DNA of 64,000 nucleotides from a virus (IMGVR_UViG_3300021961_000085:1416-65415); one strand, 5' to 3'; counted from the stretch's first letter, positions 10,150 through 22,400 are shown. Made by a program: numbers and translations. The notes: generated by a model not told the origin, from the sequence alone.

Positions 10150-11271
10150 ATGGGACTATTAGGAACAACTACAGCGGAACAATATTATAGCCTTGGACAA
10201 AGATTTGAAACCACAGCAGCGCAAGCTACTAGTGGAGAATACCAATTAACAGTTCAAGAGTTACCATTAAATATAGATAGTTTTATTATTGAAGATGATG
10301 GACTTGAAGTAAATCAAAGTAATTACTCTTACAATACTGCTACGGGGTTAATAACTTTTAGCTCTAATCTACCTGCTGAAAATTCAGTCGTGCAGGTTAG
10401 TTTTATTGATAGATCTTTAGGTGACTATAGGTATATAAAGTTTGAAGATATTATAAATAACTTTGTATATGGATATACTGGTGAAGGCAAAGTAATAAAC
10501 AAAATAAAAAGATCTGAAGTTATATTTCACGCTAAGCGCGGTATTCAAGAGTTTGCATATGATATTTCTAAGGTTGAAAAGATCCAAGAATTAGATGTAC
10601 CACCAAACTTGACATTGCCAATGCCTCAAGACTACATTAAGTATACGTTGTTGTCTTGGGTTGATGAAGTTGGACTTGAGCATCCAATATTTCCAGCAAA
10701 CACATTGACAAATAGACCATCTCAGTCTATTGCTCAAGATAATAACGGTAATTATTTATTCGACTCTGACGAAGCAGTGACAGAAATATCACCATCAATA
10801 ACTCAAGGTAGATTTGCCAATTTCAATTTAAACGTATTTTCAAACAATGTTAACAATGATGATTATTGGTTGTACACGCATTATATAAGCGGCCAATCAT
10901 TTAATAGTGGCACTAGATATGGACTTGATCCATCTAAGGCTAATTTCAATGGTTACTTCATTATCGACGAAGCCAACGGTCAATTTGGCTTTAGCAGTGA
11001 CATGGCTGGAAGAACTATATTGTTAAAATATATATCTGATGGATTAGCTACTGATGCTGAAATGAAAGTATCTAAGCTAGCAGAAGAAGCATTGTATAAA
11101 TATATTTATCATGCTATAGTTTCTACCAAGATAGGAATACCTGAATATCAAATAGCAAGAGCTAAAAAAGAAAGAAGAGCAGCAATGCGAAACGCAAAAT
11201 TAAGATTGTATAATCTTAGTACAAATGAAATGATAAACGCATTTAGAGGTAAAAGTAAAATTATAAAATAA
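10150..11271 (+). CDS. Virion structural (tail ring) protein
   Basis: Position in tail module; LPMPQDYIKY motif. Confidence 0.5.
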   Translation: MGLLGTTTAEQYYSLGQRFETTAAQATSGEYQLTVQELPLNIDSFIIEDDGLEVNQSNYSYNTATGLITFSSNLPAENSVVQVSFIDRSLGDYRYIKFEDIINNFVYGYTGEGKVINKIKRSEVIFHAKRGIQEFAYDISKVEKIQELDVPPNLTLPMPQDYIKYTLLSWVDEVGLEHPIFPANTLTNRPSQSIAQDNNGNYLFDSDEAVTEISPSITQGRFANFNLNVFSNNVNNDDYWLYTHYISGQSFNSGTRYGLDPSKANFNGYFIIDEANGQFGFSSDMAGRTILLKYISDGLATDAEMKVSKLAEEALYKYIYHAIVSTKIGIPEYQIARAKKERRAAMRNAKLRLYNLSTNEMINAFRGKSKIIK

Positions 11272-11277
11272 AATTAA

Positions 11278-14200
11278 ATGCCTGAAATTAAACAAAACTT
11301 CATTCAAGGTAAAATGAACAAAGACCTCGATGAGAGGTTATTACCAAAAGGCGAGTATAGAGAAGCTCAGAATATACATATAACAGAATCAGAAGGATCT
11401 GATGTTGGTGCTATTGAAAATGTACTAGGTACACTAAGCTTGACAACAATAGTTAATTCACCAAGCAGTTCTGAAGCGTACGAAGTTATAGGGTATTGCA
11501 AAGATTTAAACAAGAAAAGAATAGTATATTTTGTAACTAACTTCAGAAGCGAATCTAACACTGATGATATAAGAAATATATCTAGAACGAATAAAATGGG
11601 ATCACCTGATTATGGTGATTATCGGCATTGGTGTTATATAATTTTATACGATATAGAAAGTAATTCTCAAGACATTCTTGTTTCAGGTGCTTATTTAAAC
11701 TTAAGTAAAAACCATCTAATAACAGGCGCTAAAATAATAGAAGACATGCTATTCTGGACTGATAATTTAAACCAGCCTAGAAAAATAAATATAAACAAAG
11801 CTTTAGATAACTATATATCAAATAGCAATCAATATTACGATTGTGAAGAAACAATAAGTGTCGCAAAATATGCGCCATATAAAGCAATAATGCTACATAA
11901 TGACGCAGCTAGTAGTGACTCATTGCCTACGTTAGATTCAACAATTAAGTCTAACTATATTAAAGAAAGGTTTGTAAGGTTTTCTTACAGATATAAATAT
12001 GACGATGGAGAATACTCGTTGATAGCACCATTTACGCAATCTGTATTTGAACCGCTAAACTCAGGATTAATAACCAATAATGATAGCAGCATAAATCCAG
12101 ATGACGAGAGAAACTCAGGAATAAACGGAGAGCCCGAAGTGTCAACGGGCAAAAAAGAAGTCTATAAAAAAGGTCTTGTAGACATAATGCAGAACAGGAT
12201 AAATAAAATTCAACTTAGAATACCTTTGCCAAATAAAAATGAATTCTCAAGTAATAATCCTGGTAGTGTTTACTCAAACCCTTATCATATAAAAGAAATA
12301 GATATACTACTTAAAGAGTCAGACGGCGTAAGCTTTAAGCTTGTGAAAACAATAAAAGTAGACGAAATAGAAAGTTCCAATATAGAGTCCTATACTGTCC
12401 AGAACAGATCTGACGCCGGATGGCCAATATATTATAGACAAGCGTACAAATACACATATAGATCATCTGAACCATCAAGTGTCTTGCCAGAGTCAGAAGT
12501 AAGTAGGGTTTATGATCAAGTCCCATTGATGGCTAAAACCTTAGAAATAGTAGGCAATAGGGTTGTATTTGGAAATTACGTAGAAAATTATGCATATCCA
12601 GTAGATGCGAATAATAAAAAAGGCATGAATTTTGTCGTATCTAGTGCAACAAAAGGATCAATTGATCAATCCGGGGGCGTATTGCAAGATTCGCCATACC
12701 TTTACGGATTAAAGCAATGGATGCATAAGACTTACAAATATCACACATTAAAGCAGAGAAGAACATATCAAGTTGGAATAGTATTTGCTGATATATTTGG
12801 TAGACAGTCACCAGTTATATTGTCTTCTAATGAAGGTAATTCTGTCAATCAGAATCCAGACACACTTACTTTGCCAGAGGTCGTAAGCTCTTTTGGAGAT
12901 AATACAGATGCGGTTTGGGACACAACAAACAATTCTTATGGTAAATCCTTGGTAATAGAATTTAGAGACAACTCAATAAGTATAGATAGCAAATTTATTG
13001 CTAACATGGCTACATCAGCGGGCTATAACCCGCATGGATGGTACTCTTATAGAATAGTAGTAAAACAAAAAGAGCAAGAGTATTACAACATATATGCGCC
13101 GCATACTTTCGATGGATGGGACAATATAGAAGAAATTGAAAACACGACACTGAGTGGAGGTAGAAGCTGGTTGTTTTTACATGGAGACAATATCAATAAG
13201 GTGCCAAGATCTCTTAATGATACAGACTTAAACAGAGACGGAACCATGGGATCTAACGTTAGATTATATCCAAAAGTTGTATTTGACACGGATGGCGAGT
13301 CTAAAATGAATAACGCATATCACGAACTTGTTGATGTGATAAGTTTGGGTACTGCTTATGAGCAAAATTTGTTTATATCTGGAGACGACAATAAGTCTGG
13401 GACAGGCGGTTTTAGTATTCTGAATTTTGTATATGGCAAAAACAAAAACCCACTAGTTGCAGAGCTACAAAACATGAAGGTGTACACTGGAGGTACGGGC
13501 AATAGCAAAGCTAAAGTTCACTATATACATACTAGTGGCTCTAGCGATACTATTAAGCTAGCAGAAGACGCTAGTGGCACTGCTGCAACTAATTTCTCAG
13601 ATAACGCCTATGATGGATGGAGCGTAAACTTAAGTATTATTGAGCATGACGATGAAGTCAAAGTTGTAAGTACTGCTGGTACTGACCCAAATGATCACGA
13701 AATAGTAGTAACTTCAACTCAGTCTCAATACGCCGTAGGTGATAAGATCATACTTTCAAACTATCATGAAGGCTTATCTGTTTTTGAAACAGAGCCTTTT
13801 GTCTCTAAAATAGACATATACTACGAAACCTCAACTAGTGGACTAGTCAAAGACTTATCAGAGGAAATTATTTCAGACCCTAATACATTTCCTACCGCAT
13901 TGAGAATAAAACAATCATACGATCCTTTAAGTAATCCAAATAATTATCCTGATTACGATTTCGGTGCTGATCAACCTGTTGTACCTTATTTTGAAGAAAC
14001 TAATATTAATGGCACTGTAGCGTATCTATATGAAAATCTAAACACAAGTAGTGGTAGAGTGGCTATTGGCGATTTGTCTGCTACGCAATCTCAAGACTCA
14101 ATAAACGCTTCATTAACTGAGGACTTATCGTTTTCGTTATCAAGAGTAATAAGAGTTGGAGACAACTCTGATGCAACAAGTCAGTTTGAGGTAGACGTTG

Positions 14201-15120
14201 AGGAATATGACGCAAATAATTATCCTGGAGTAGAGATTCCTAGGTTATTTGCAAATTCTTCTTTTGTATATAGAGGAAACAGCTATGATGAATATATCGT
14301 ATACATTAGAGTAATCGACGAAAACATAGGCGATACAAGTGCTGTAGATCTTACAGTAGGTGTTCATGTTAGAAATTCTAAACCTACTATATCTACTATA
14401 TTAAGCCCAATAGAAGTGATAGCTGCGGTAGGCGAAGGTAGTAGGGTGCTAACTAGCGACAACGACGTAACAAATGGCGGAATGCTTGCTGGCGGCGTTA
14501 TTAATAAGTACTACGATATAAGAGTTACGCACACATTTTCTGCTAATCCTCAATTTGATAAATTGTTCGAGATAACTAGACCAACAAAAGAGACTTATGA
14601 GCTCGAAACGACAAGCGAGTGGACCCAAGCTAATGCTGAAGATTTTTTTAATAGTAGCAACTCTGGCAGGCAAATAACAATAACAGCGACTGACTCTGGT
14701 GGTCTTTCAACTAGCACTACGGCAATTGTAGTGGAAAAACAAGTAACAGTGTTAACGTTGACTAATTTGGCTACTTCGCCAGCTAAAATACTAAGTAAAG
14801 GTGAGCTAGGTGATTTGTTTTATAATAACACATATGAACAAAGAGGATCTATAGGTGCGTATGTCACCGCTGGAGATTCTGGCGATGATCCAATTAAACA
14901 TGTATTTCCATCTAGCTACGAGCCAAGTTACAAAGTAGAAATAAAACAAGGTAATATATTATGGACGAAAAGCGATTTAAGCGAAAAAATGCCGCAAGGT
15001 TATTATGCAATAGAAACTAGGTACAATGGTGATACCTGGGACGGTTTAAGTTTTCACTTAGATGAGAATGGCGTCGTAGATGAGGCATATTTGTATACAG
15101 GTTATCCATGGCAAGCATAA
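11278..15120 (+). CDS. Tail stabilisation / nozzle protein
   Basis: N-terminal FIQGKMNKDLDERLLPKGEYREAQN typical of P22 gp10-like tail proteins; LFWTDNLNQPRKINI; RFSYRYKYDDGEYS. Confidence 0.7.
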   Translation: MPEIKQNFIQGKMNKDLDERLLPKGEYREAQNIHITESEGSDVGAIENVLGTLSLTTIVNSPSSSEAYEVIGYCKDLNKKRIVYFVTNFRSESNTDDIRNISRTNKMGSPDYGDYRHWCYIILYDIESNSQDILVSGAYLNLSKNHLITGAKIIEDMLFWTDNLNQPRKININKALDNYISNSNQYYDCEETISVAKYAPYKAIMLHNDAASSDSLPTLDSTIKSNYIKERFVRFSYRYKYDDGEYSLIAPFTQSVFEPLNSGLITNNDSSINPDDERNSGINGEPEVSTGKKEVYKKGLVDIMQNRINKIQLRIPLPNKNEFSSNNPGSVYSNPYHIKEIDILLKESDGVSFKLVKTIKVDEIESSNIESYTVQNRSDAGWPIYYRQAYKYTYRSSEPSSVLPESEVSRVYDQVPLMAKTLEIVGNRVVFGNYVENYAYPVDANNKKGMNFVVSSATKGSIDQSGGVLQDSPYLYGLKQWMHKTYKYHTLKQRRTYQVGIVFADIFGRQSPVILSSNEGNSVNQNPDTLTLPEVVSSFGDNTDAVWDTTNNSYGKSLVIEFRDNSISIDSKFIANMATSAGYNPHGWYSYRIVVKQKEQEYYNIYAPHTFDGWDNIEEIENTTLSGGRSWLFLHGDNINKVPRSLNDTDLNRDGTMGSNVRLYPKVVFDTDGESKMNNAYHELVDVISLGTAYEQNLFISGDDNKSGTGGFSILNFVYGKNKNPLVAELQNMKVYTGGTGNSKAKVHYIHTSGSSDTIKLAEDASGTAATNFSDNAYDGWSVNLSIIEHDDEVKVVSTAGTDPNDHEIVVTSTQSQYAVGDKIILSNYHEGLSVFETEPFVSKIDIYYETSTSGLVKDLSEEIISDPNTFPTALRIKQSYDPLSNPNNYPDYDFGADQPVVPYFEETNINGTVAYLYENLNTSSGRVAIGDLSATQSQDSINASLTEDLSFSLSRVIRVGDNSDATSQFEVDVEEYDANNYPGVEIPRLFANSSFVYRGNSYDEYIVYIRVIDENIGDTSAVDLTVGVHVRNSKPTISTILSPIEVIAAVGEGSRVLTSDNDVTNGGMLAGGVINKYYDIRVTHTFSANPQFDKLFEITRPTKETYELETTSEWTQANAEDFFNSSNSGRQITITATDSGGLSTSTTAIVVEKQVTVLTLTNLATSPAKILSKGELGDLFYNNTYEQRGSIGAYVTAGDSGDDPIKHVFPSSYEPSYKVEIKQGNILWTKSDLSEKMPQGYYAIETRYNGDTWDGLSFHLDENGVVDEAYLYTGYPWQA

Positions 15121-15140
15121 TAAAATAAATAAATAAACAA

Positions 15141-16532
15141 ATGTCATTACAATTAGAAATAAGTTACTATAACGCATTTATACTCACCGGCGGGAGAGAC
15201 ATAGGAACACAGTCAGGGGTTAGTTGGCATGTTGAAGAATCTAGAATAAAAGGAGACTTTAACGGAGTCAGCACTGATTACGGCGCTAGAGCATATACAA
15301 CAGATAATGAATATGGCATTAGACGTAGGCCTAATGCTATGATGTATTCAGGTGTTTACAACTCTAAAACAAAAACAAATAATACTAATAAGTTTTCTAT
15401 AGCGGAATCTATCACTAGAGCTACAGATATAGCTTATGGCAGCATACAGCATTTACACGCAGAAGATAGCAATTTAAATGTATTTCAGCAGCATAAAGTT
15501 AGCAAAGCGCTGATAGACAAAGACGCAGTATATACTGCTGAAGGAATTGGTATTACGACAACTGGTAACCAAGTGATAGGGCAAATAGTGCCATACACAG
15601 GAAAATATGGAATATCAGATAATCCAGAAAGCTTTGCCTTTTTTGGTAATAGAAAATACTTTGTAGACAGAGATAGAGGCTCTGTTATGAGGTTGTCTCA
15701 GAATGGACTTGAAGAGATCTCAAAATATGGAATGAATGATTTTTTTAGAGATAACTTAAAGAAAATCAAAACATTAGAACTGTCTGGAGTGGCTGAAAAA
15801 GGCAGGGTATATGGAATGTATGACGAACGACATGGGGAGTACGTGGTATCATTGCAAAGAAGTGATATTGTAGGAGGCAAGAAAACAACCGCCACGTCAC
15901 CGACTACGATCGATAATAACGGATTTCTAACACTTGGATTTTCAGAAGCTTCTAACGGTTGGGTCAGCTTTTATTCTTTTAAACCAAGCTTTGGATTTAG
16001 TATGCTTAATAGCTTTTACACCTTTAACGGCAGCCAGCTGTATGCACATTATGAAGGATCTTCCTATAATAATTTCTATAATAGTACATATAACGATCCA
16101 TCGTATATAACCCTAATAATGAACGATGGCTCTAGCCAAATAAAAGCATTCACTACTATAAACTATGAAGGATCCGGCGGTTGGAGTATGGACAGAGCAG
16201 AAGCTGAAAATGTCTCTAGAGAAGGATATACGTATAGTTTGCAAAAAGAAGAAGCATATAAAATACCTAAGAAAGGTGTAACTATAATAGATAATAGAGG
16301 CATATCAGTAGATGTAGGTTTCAAGCTTAGAGAGAGTAAATACTATGCCGAATTGAAGCAGAAAGTTCCTTACGCTTCTTCAGATTACAATTCAACATTT
16401 AACGCTAACACATTCAATACTACTTTAGGAATAAAAGGTTATCACGCTGAGATAGATATGTTATATCATGAACCAACTGGTAACGGAAAAAGAGTAGAAT
16501 TGTTTGCAGTATCAAACGAAATAAAAATATAA
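15141..16532 (+). CDS. Tail stabilisation-like beta-propeller protein
   Basis: YGISDNPESFAFFGNRKYFVDRDRGSVMRLS; GWVSFYSFKP. Confidence 0.6.
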   Translation: MSLQLEISYYNAFILTGGRDIGTQSGVSWHVEESRIKGDFNGVSTDYGARAYTTDNEYGIRRRPNAMMYSGVYNSKTKTNNTNKFSIAESITRATDIAYGSIQHLHAEDSNLNVFQQHKVSKALIDKDAVYTAEGIGITTTGNQVIGQIVPYTGKYGISDNPESFAFFGNRKYFVDRDRGSVMRLSQNGLEEISKYGMNDFFRDNLKKIKTLELSGVAEKGRVYGMYDERHGEYVVSLQRSDIVGGKKTTATSPTTIDNNGFLTLGFSEASNGWVSFYSFKPSFGFSMLNSFYTFNGSQLYAHYEGSSYNNFYNSTYNDPSYITLIMNDGSSQIKAFTTINYEGSGGWSMDRAEAENVSREGYTYSLQKEEAYKIPKKGVTIIDNRGISVDVGFKLRESKYYAELKQKVPYASSDYNSTFNANTFNTTLGIKGYHAEIDMLYHEPTGNGKRVELFAVSNEIKI

Positions 16533-16537
16533 ATAAT

Positions 16538-17590
16538 ATGGCAGCATTTTTAGCAATGGCAGCAGCGCAAGTAGTCGGCGGTGCTATTACGGCAATATCA
16601 TCTGCTAGCGCAGCAAAACGCGCTAGAGAAGACGCGGCTAGAGCTCAAAAAGAGCTTGATGCACTCGAGGCTAATAGGCAGGCTATACCTAACCTATCTG
16701 GTCAAATACAAAACCAATATGCGAATCTTCAAGTAGCAACGCAGGGAGCAAAGTTTCAAGCTGAAGAGTCTGATATATCGCTAGCTAACACATTAGATAC
16801 ATTGAGAGCCACTGGCATGGGCGCTGGTGGTGCGACCGCATTGGCTCAAGCGGCATTGAGAAGTAAGAGAGATATCGGTCAAAGCATAGAAAAGCAAGAA
16901 GCTGCTAATGCACAGCTAAGAGCTAGCGGCGCTGCTAGTGCTCAACAGCAAAGAATAGCACAACAAAATTTTGAGTTTGGGGCTAGAGAAGCTAGAGAGG
17001 TTGCTAAACTAGATAGAGTAGCTAATCAATTAGATCAAGCTAGAGCAGCTGAAGCCGCCAACAAGCAAGCAATGTGGTCTGGTATATCTAGCGCAATTGG
17101 TGCAGCCGCTGGTACTGCAGCAGGTTTTGCATCTGGTGAAGTGAAGTTTGGCAATGAAGAAGAAACCGTGATAGACCCAAATGCGCCTACAAATCAACAA
17201 GTCATAGATAACCTAAAAACAAAATCACCGTTTAATAACAGCAATACTCAGTCTACCATGCCAGGAGGAAACGTTGGTCCAATTGACTTTAAACAGCCAA
17301 GTCGATATACTGAATCTAGTCAGCCATTAGAATCAGGTATGATGAGCAATATAAACCAATCAAGCGGATTAGCAGATAGCTTAAATCCAATGCCATCTGT
17401 TAATTACGGTTTTTCTGGCGCTGGACTTAGTCAGACGGCGACTCCAGGAATTGGTGGTATGCCAGCTTCATTGTTTACATCAGGAATGACAAATTACGCG
17501 CCTTCTTTTCCTGGCGCATTAGGCGTTCAACCTGGCATGTACTTTACTAATGATTATTATCGATCGTCTCCAGTGATATTAAATAATTAA
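16538..17590 (+). CDS. Internal virion (ejection) protein
   Basis: Ala/Gly-rich hydrophobic segments and coiled coils; first of three large ORFs after the tail genes. Confidence 0.6.
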   Translation: MAAFLAMAAAQVVGGAITAISSASAAKRAREDAARAQKELDALEANRQAIPNLSGQIQNQYANLQVATQGAKFQAEESDISLANTLDTLRATGMGAGGATALAQAALRSKRDIGQSIEKQEAANAQLRASGAASAQQQRIAQQNFEFGAREAREVAKLDRVANQLDQARAAEAANKQAMWSGISSAIGAAAGTAAGFASGEVKFGNEEETVIDPNAPTNQQVIDNLKTKSPFNNSNTQSTMPGGNVGPIDFKQPSRYTESSQPLESGMMSNINQSSGLADSLNPMPSVNYGFSGAGLSQTATPGIGGMPASLFTSGMTNYAPSFPGALGVQPGMYFTNDYYRSSPVILNN

Positions 17591-17595
17591 TAAAA

Positions 17596-19413
17596 ATGAG
17601 TTATAGTAATCCAACGTGGTATAATGTAGCTAACCCTTATAAAATTCAAGAGAGTTTTGAGAAAGCATTTACTACTACATATAGCACGATTGAAGAGCAT
17701 TTCAATCAGATAGATAAGCAATTAAAAGATTCACAAATAGAACTTCAAGAGCAAGCTAACGATCTTAGAAAGCAGCTAAACAGCATGAAAGATGTTGTAC
17801 CAGGCTTGAAGAATAGGATCGACGACATGGTTAGGCAGTTTTACAAAGATAATGAACCTTCTATATCTCGTGAAGGTTCTAATTTTATTTCTAGAGGTTT
17901 AAATACTAGAGTAGATGCAACATCAAAAGCAGCATTAGAAGAAGCAACTTCTAATTTTAAAACCATGTCTGGATATTTAAATGATGCGTCTGCTAAATTT
18001 CTTGATCCAACTATTAAAGACAAAATAGATAAAGGTGATCCATTCTATTTAGATTTCATAACAATGCAGCAGGCGTTTATGAATGATCCTGAGAGTGTTA
18101 AGTTCAAAAGAGATGGACTAAACTTTTCATTTAGCATGGAAATAGACGATCAAAAAAACGGTGGTAAAAAAACCATAGGTATGGAAGAGATGGCCATGAG
18201 TATGGCCAGCTTAAATGAAGATGTACTTAAAACAAAGAAAGAAACCTTTGACAGCAATCAAAAAACTATAAATACTTTTGTTAAAACACAGTATGATAAT
18301 GAGTACGCTAGATTAAAGCAGGCTGCGCAAGGCGGAGAAAGCGCTATAATAACAGCTACTGATATAGCAGATAAAGCTACAGAAGAATTTGTCAGAGGTA
18401 GAATGAGTGAAGAAAGCATAAGAGATGCTTACAATAATTTTATAGATGGGTCAACTATTAACTTTGGTACAAAGCAAAATATATTTTCAGACTCTTCTCT
18501 ACTAGAAGGAAAAGGTCTTTCTGGTGCTATGATGATTGAAGCTATAAACAATGTAAAAAGCGACGAAGATAGATTAATCAAGCAAGATGCTTTGTCTAAG
18601 ATTTTAGACATGCCTATCAATGACAAAAAAGCAATATCAAGACTATTAAGACAATCAAATATAATACCAGAAGGTCATACAGAAGATCAGTTTTTTGATT
18701 TGTTAGAAGAATATCAAATCAAGGTGGTATCTAGAAACTTTGCAGACAACGCACTCGGTAGCGGTGTTAACAGTAAGTTTATACCTGGCAAAAAGCAAAG
18801 ACAAGCAATGTCTAGGCAAAGGAGTATATCAACAAGCAAGCTAACCAAAGAAGAAAAATCAACAGATCAAATGGTTCGAGCTGGTAATGCTATGAGGTTC
18901 TTGTACGATAGTGTAGGTGGATTTGAAACAAAAGTTGGTGCTACTTTGAATCAGATAGGTAAGTACATAAGAGTTGATAGATATAAGAGAAATATAGCTC
19001 AAACTTCCTATAACAACGGAGTAGTTACTATGACTTATACTTACGGTAAGCCAGATAAAAATGGAGAATATGAAAACGCTGATATATCTTTCGATATGAA
19101 AGACCCTAATGCGGCATTCGACTTTTACGTAGCAACTGGTGGTCCATCAAATGGTAAAGGTTTCTCTAGAGAAATGATGAAACAGTTTGACAAACCTCAA
19201 GGCATGAGAATGCTAGACGATCCATCTATGTACGCATGGGTTGAATGGTTAGAAGGACAGCCAGGTGGAGTAGAAAAAATAGCTCAGCACATAGCCAATA
19301 GTGGATTAAGAGGCAAGTACGAGCAATACGTACAATTTGAAAAAAGAAATAGAAAAGCTTTAAACAAAGCAATGATTGAAGCAGCTCAAAACAAAAACAA
19401 TAGCAAAAAATAA
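17596..19413 (+). CDS. Internal virion (ejection) protein
   Basis: 605 aa helical protein between ejection-like ORFs. Confidence 0.5.
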   Translation: MSYSNPTWYNVANPYKIQESFEKAFTTTYSTIEEHFNQIDKQLKDSQIELQEQANDLRKQLNSMKDVVPGLKNRIDDMVRQFYKDNEPSISREGSNFISRGLNTRVDATSKAALEEATSNFKTMSGYLNDASAKFLDPTIKDKIDKGDPFYLDFITMQQAFMNDPESVKFKRDGLNFSFSMEIDDQKNGGKKTIGMEEMAMSMASLNEDVLKTKKETFDSNQKTINTFVKTQYDNEYARLKQAAQGGESAIITATDIADKATEEFVRGRMSEESIRDAYNNFIDGSTINFGTKQNIFSDSSLLEGKGLSGAMMIEAINNVKSDEDRLIKQDALSKILDMPINDKKAISRLLRQSNIIPEGHTEDQFFDLLEEYQIKVVSRNFADNALGSGVNSKFIPGKKQRQAMSRQRSISTSKLTKEEKSTDQMVRAGNAMRFLYDSVGGFETKVGATLNQIGKYIRVDRYKRNIAQTSYNNGVVTMTYTYGKPDKNGEYENADISFDMKDPNAAFDFYVATGGPSNGKGFSREMMKQFDKPQGMRMLDDPSMYAWVEWLEGQPGGVEKIAQHIANSGLRGKYEQYVQFEKRNRKALNKAMIEAAQNKNNSKK

Positions 19414-19424
19414 AATATAATAAA

Positions 19425-22400
19425 ATGGATAAAGAAGAATACATACAGTATTTAGTTGATAAAGGCCTTAGTTCCGATGAAATCATGGCTATGCTGGACA
19501 AGGTTGAAGATCCAGATAATGCACCGAAAGAAAATACTACTGATCTGCCAAAAAAGAAACAAGATCCCGTGAAGTCGGAGACAAGCTCGGGATCGTTCTT
19601 AGATATGGTCTCCAAGTCGGAAAGTGGTTCTTCGGATTTACCAGATTGGTATAAAGAACCTAGCGATGAACAGCTACCTGATTTTGTTAAAGAGGATAAG
19701 AGAAGAAAATATCAAGCAAAGATAGAAGATATATTAGGTAGAAAAACAAAAGTAGATTATACTATAGAAGGCGCTGCTGCTAAAAAAATACAAGAAGACA
19801 TAGACAATAGTGAAGCTCTTAGAGAGCAACAAGCTAGAAACGCAAAAATAGTATTTGATAGATTTACAGTTAAACCCAGAGAGGTAACAGAAATTTCAAG
19901 CTCTATAACAAACACGAGGTTAGGAACAAGCATTAAGACAAAGAAAAAACTAAAAAATAAAATGTCTGACGAGGCTATTGATATGCTAAAAGAAGCCAAG
20001 TTAGACTTAATGAAAGACAACAAAGGCAAACCTCCTAGTCAAGATGAAATAACTCAAAGAGCTAAAGAAATGATGCTTAATGAGCTTGATGAAAAGTCAA
20101 GAAATGAAGAGTTTAAAAAAATAGCTGAAAGCATGGAGGGTGATGAGGTTACTCAATTTGCAAATCTGTGGTTGAGTTCTGTGACTCAAGGAGCTAGTGG
20201 TGTTGACGTTATAGAAAAATCAGGTGAAAGGGCTGACTTTGCAAAAAGCCTTGAAAGCGCAAATATAAAGCAAAAGCAAGTAGCACAAGCCGCTAAAGAC
20301 ATTGAGCGAGCTATGCGCAATATAAGCAGTCAAGAAGTTGAAATAGAAAAAATACGCAAAAAAAACGGAAAAGACACGTCTAAGTGGAGTAAAGAGGATG
20401 TAGACATATATAATAATCTAGTAACAGGGTATAAAAAAAATATAAAATCACTACAACAAAACGCTTTTGAATGGCAAGCAGATATAGAGAACTATAAAGA
20501 TCTTACCGAAGAGATAGATATTTTTAAGAAAGAATATGGACTCATAGTTGAAGCTGCTACAAATCTAAGAGCATCTGTACTTGATCTTGAAGGAGGGGCT
20601 TTGTATGCCTTAGAGATGGCTGGTGACATATTAACAGAAGCTGCCACTATTGGGTATGCCGATACTAGGGACAAGTCTTTATTTGCCTATGTTGGCGATT
20701 TAGCATTTGAGGAATCTAAAGCTATAAGATCTACAGTTGATGATCCAGTTAAGCTAGAAAATGTAAATACGTTTGACGATTTTATAGATTTTGCTGCTAA
20801 TGGTTTAGCCAATAACGCGCCGCAATTAGCAGTTACACTCGCTACAGGCGGTGGGTACGCTGGCCTAACTGCTGTGTCTTCAATAGCAGCTGGTAGTCAA
20901 TATAAAGAAAGCCTAAAATTTAAAGACACAAATCAATTTAATAGATTCATAACTTCGATAGGTATAGGCGCTATAGAGTTTGCTTCAGAAAGAGTAACAC
21001 AAAAAATATTTGCAGGCAATATGCCTGGGTCCAGAGTAGTTAGATCTGGTTTTAGTAGTTTAAAGCAAGAAGCAAAAAATGAAGCACTCAATGTATTTAC
21101 GCGTAGCCTTAACAATGCAATAAAGAAAACCCCAAAGTTTATAGCCGCAAATAGCGTAGCTACAATAGAAGAGTCATTATCAGAAGGACTGGCTCAAATT
21201 GGTGGCAATGCGATGAATAGATATGTTCTTGGAGACAAAAGCGTTTCTATCATGGATGGGGTTGCCGAGTCTGCTATAATGGGTGGTATAATAGGAGCTG
21301 GTATATCTTTAACACCTAGCATTGCACAGTACGCTGTGGCTCCTTTCGTTTCAAATAGTAATAATACTTTACAGAAAAATATAGACTTAATAAATAAATT
21401 AAGATCACAATTAGTAGAAACTCAAGATATAAGAATAGCAGAGCAGATAGATAAAAAGATAAAGTCGCTAGAAGATGAAAACGCAAGCATAGTACTAGAT
21501 GGTGTAAGAGCAACATATGGATTAACTGCGTCAGAGATAAATGAAGCACATCAAATACACGATGAAATGGCGGATGCTAGAACTATGTTTAACGATATAA
21601 CAAGCGACAATAGTATATCTAGCGATCAAAAGCAAATGCTTCTAGATCAATTAAGCGAGAACTACAAAGACTTACAAAAAAGAAAAAGCGATCTAATCCA
21701 AAAAGGAAATAGAGTGGTTGATTCTGTTACTGCGTATTCGAAAAAGATAAACGCTGTAAAAAATCTATTATCTCAGTTTGACAGTAAAATAGAATTTATT
21801 GTAGCAAAAGATGCTGCTGAAGCTAAACAGTATGCTGATAAGTACAGATCTGAAGATACAGAATCAGCACTAGAAGAAGATGGTTATATAATTAGAAACT
21901 CTACAACAGGTGAACAAACTATAATAATAAACGAGCAAGTTGCATTGGCTAGAGAAGCTGTCAATGTTGCTGGTCACGAGTTATTGCATGGAATATTGTT
22001 TGCATCGGTGAGAAATAACTTAGGTGACGCTCAACTAAAAGGCTTGTCTGATGCACTACTAGGTGAATTAAAAAAGATAGATCCAAAATCTTTAGAAGAA
22101 GGCGAGTTTAAAGAAAGATTAGAGTTTTATCAAAAAGATGAGAATTTAAGATCTGGTATAAACGAAGAGACATTAACATTGTTTTTCGATGCTTATTCAA
22201 AAGGCTTAATAAACTTAAATGAAGGATCAATGCAAAATGTAAAAGATGGTTTCAGGAGAGTATTTCAAAGAGCTGGATTTGGTAAAATAGAATTTAACAG
22301 TGGGCAGGATGTAATAAACTTTATAAAAGACTTTGATAATAGCGTAAATAGAGGCAGGCTAACCAAAGCGCAAGAGAGACTAGCTAAAGAAGGCGCTAAA

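Noticed and set aside
11278-16532. Broken (pseudogenised) tail gene or stop-codon recoding
   Set aside because: Double TAA stop followed by a normal A-rich leader and ATG; all core genes are intact under the standard code
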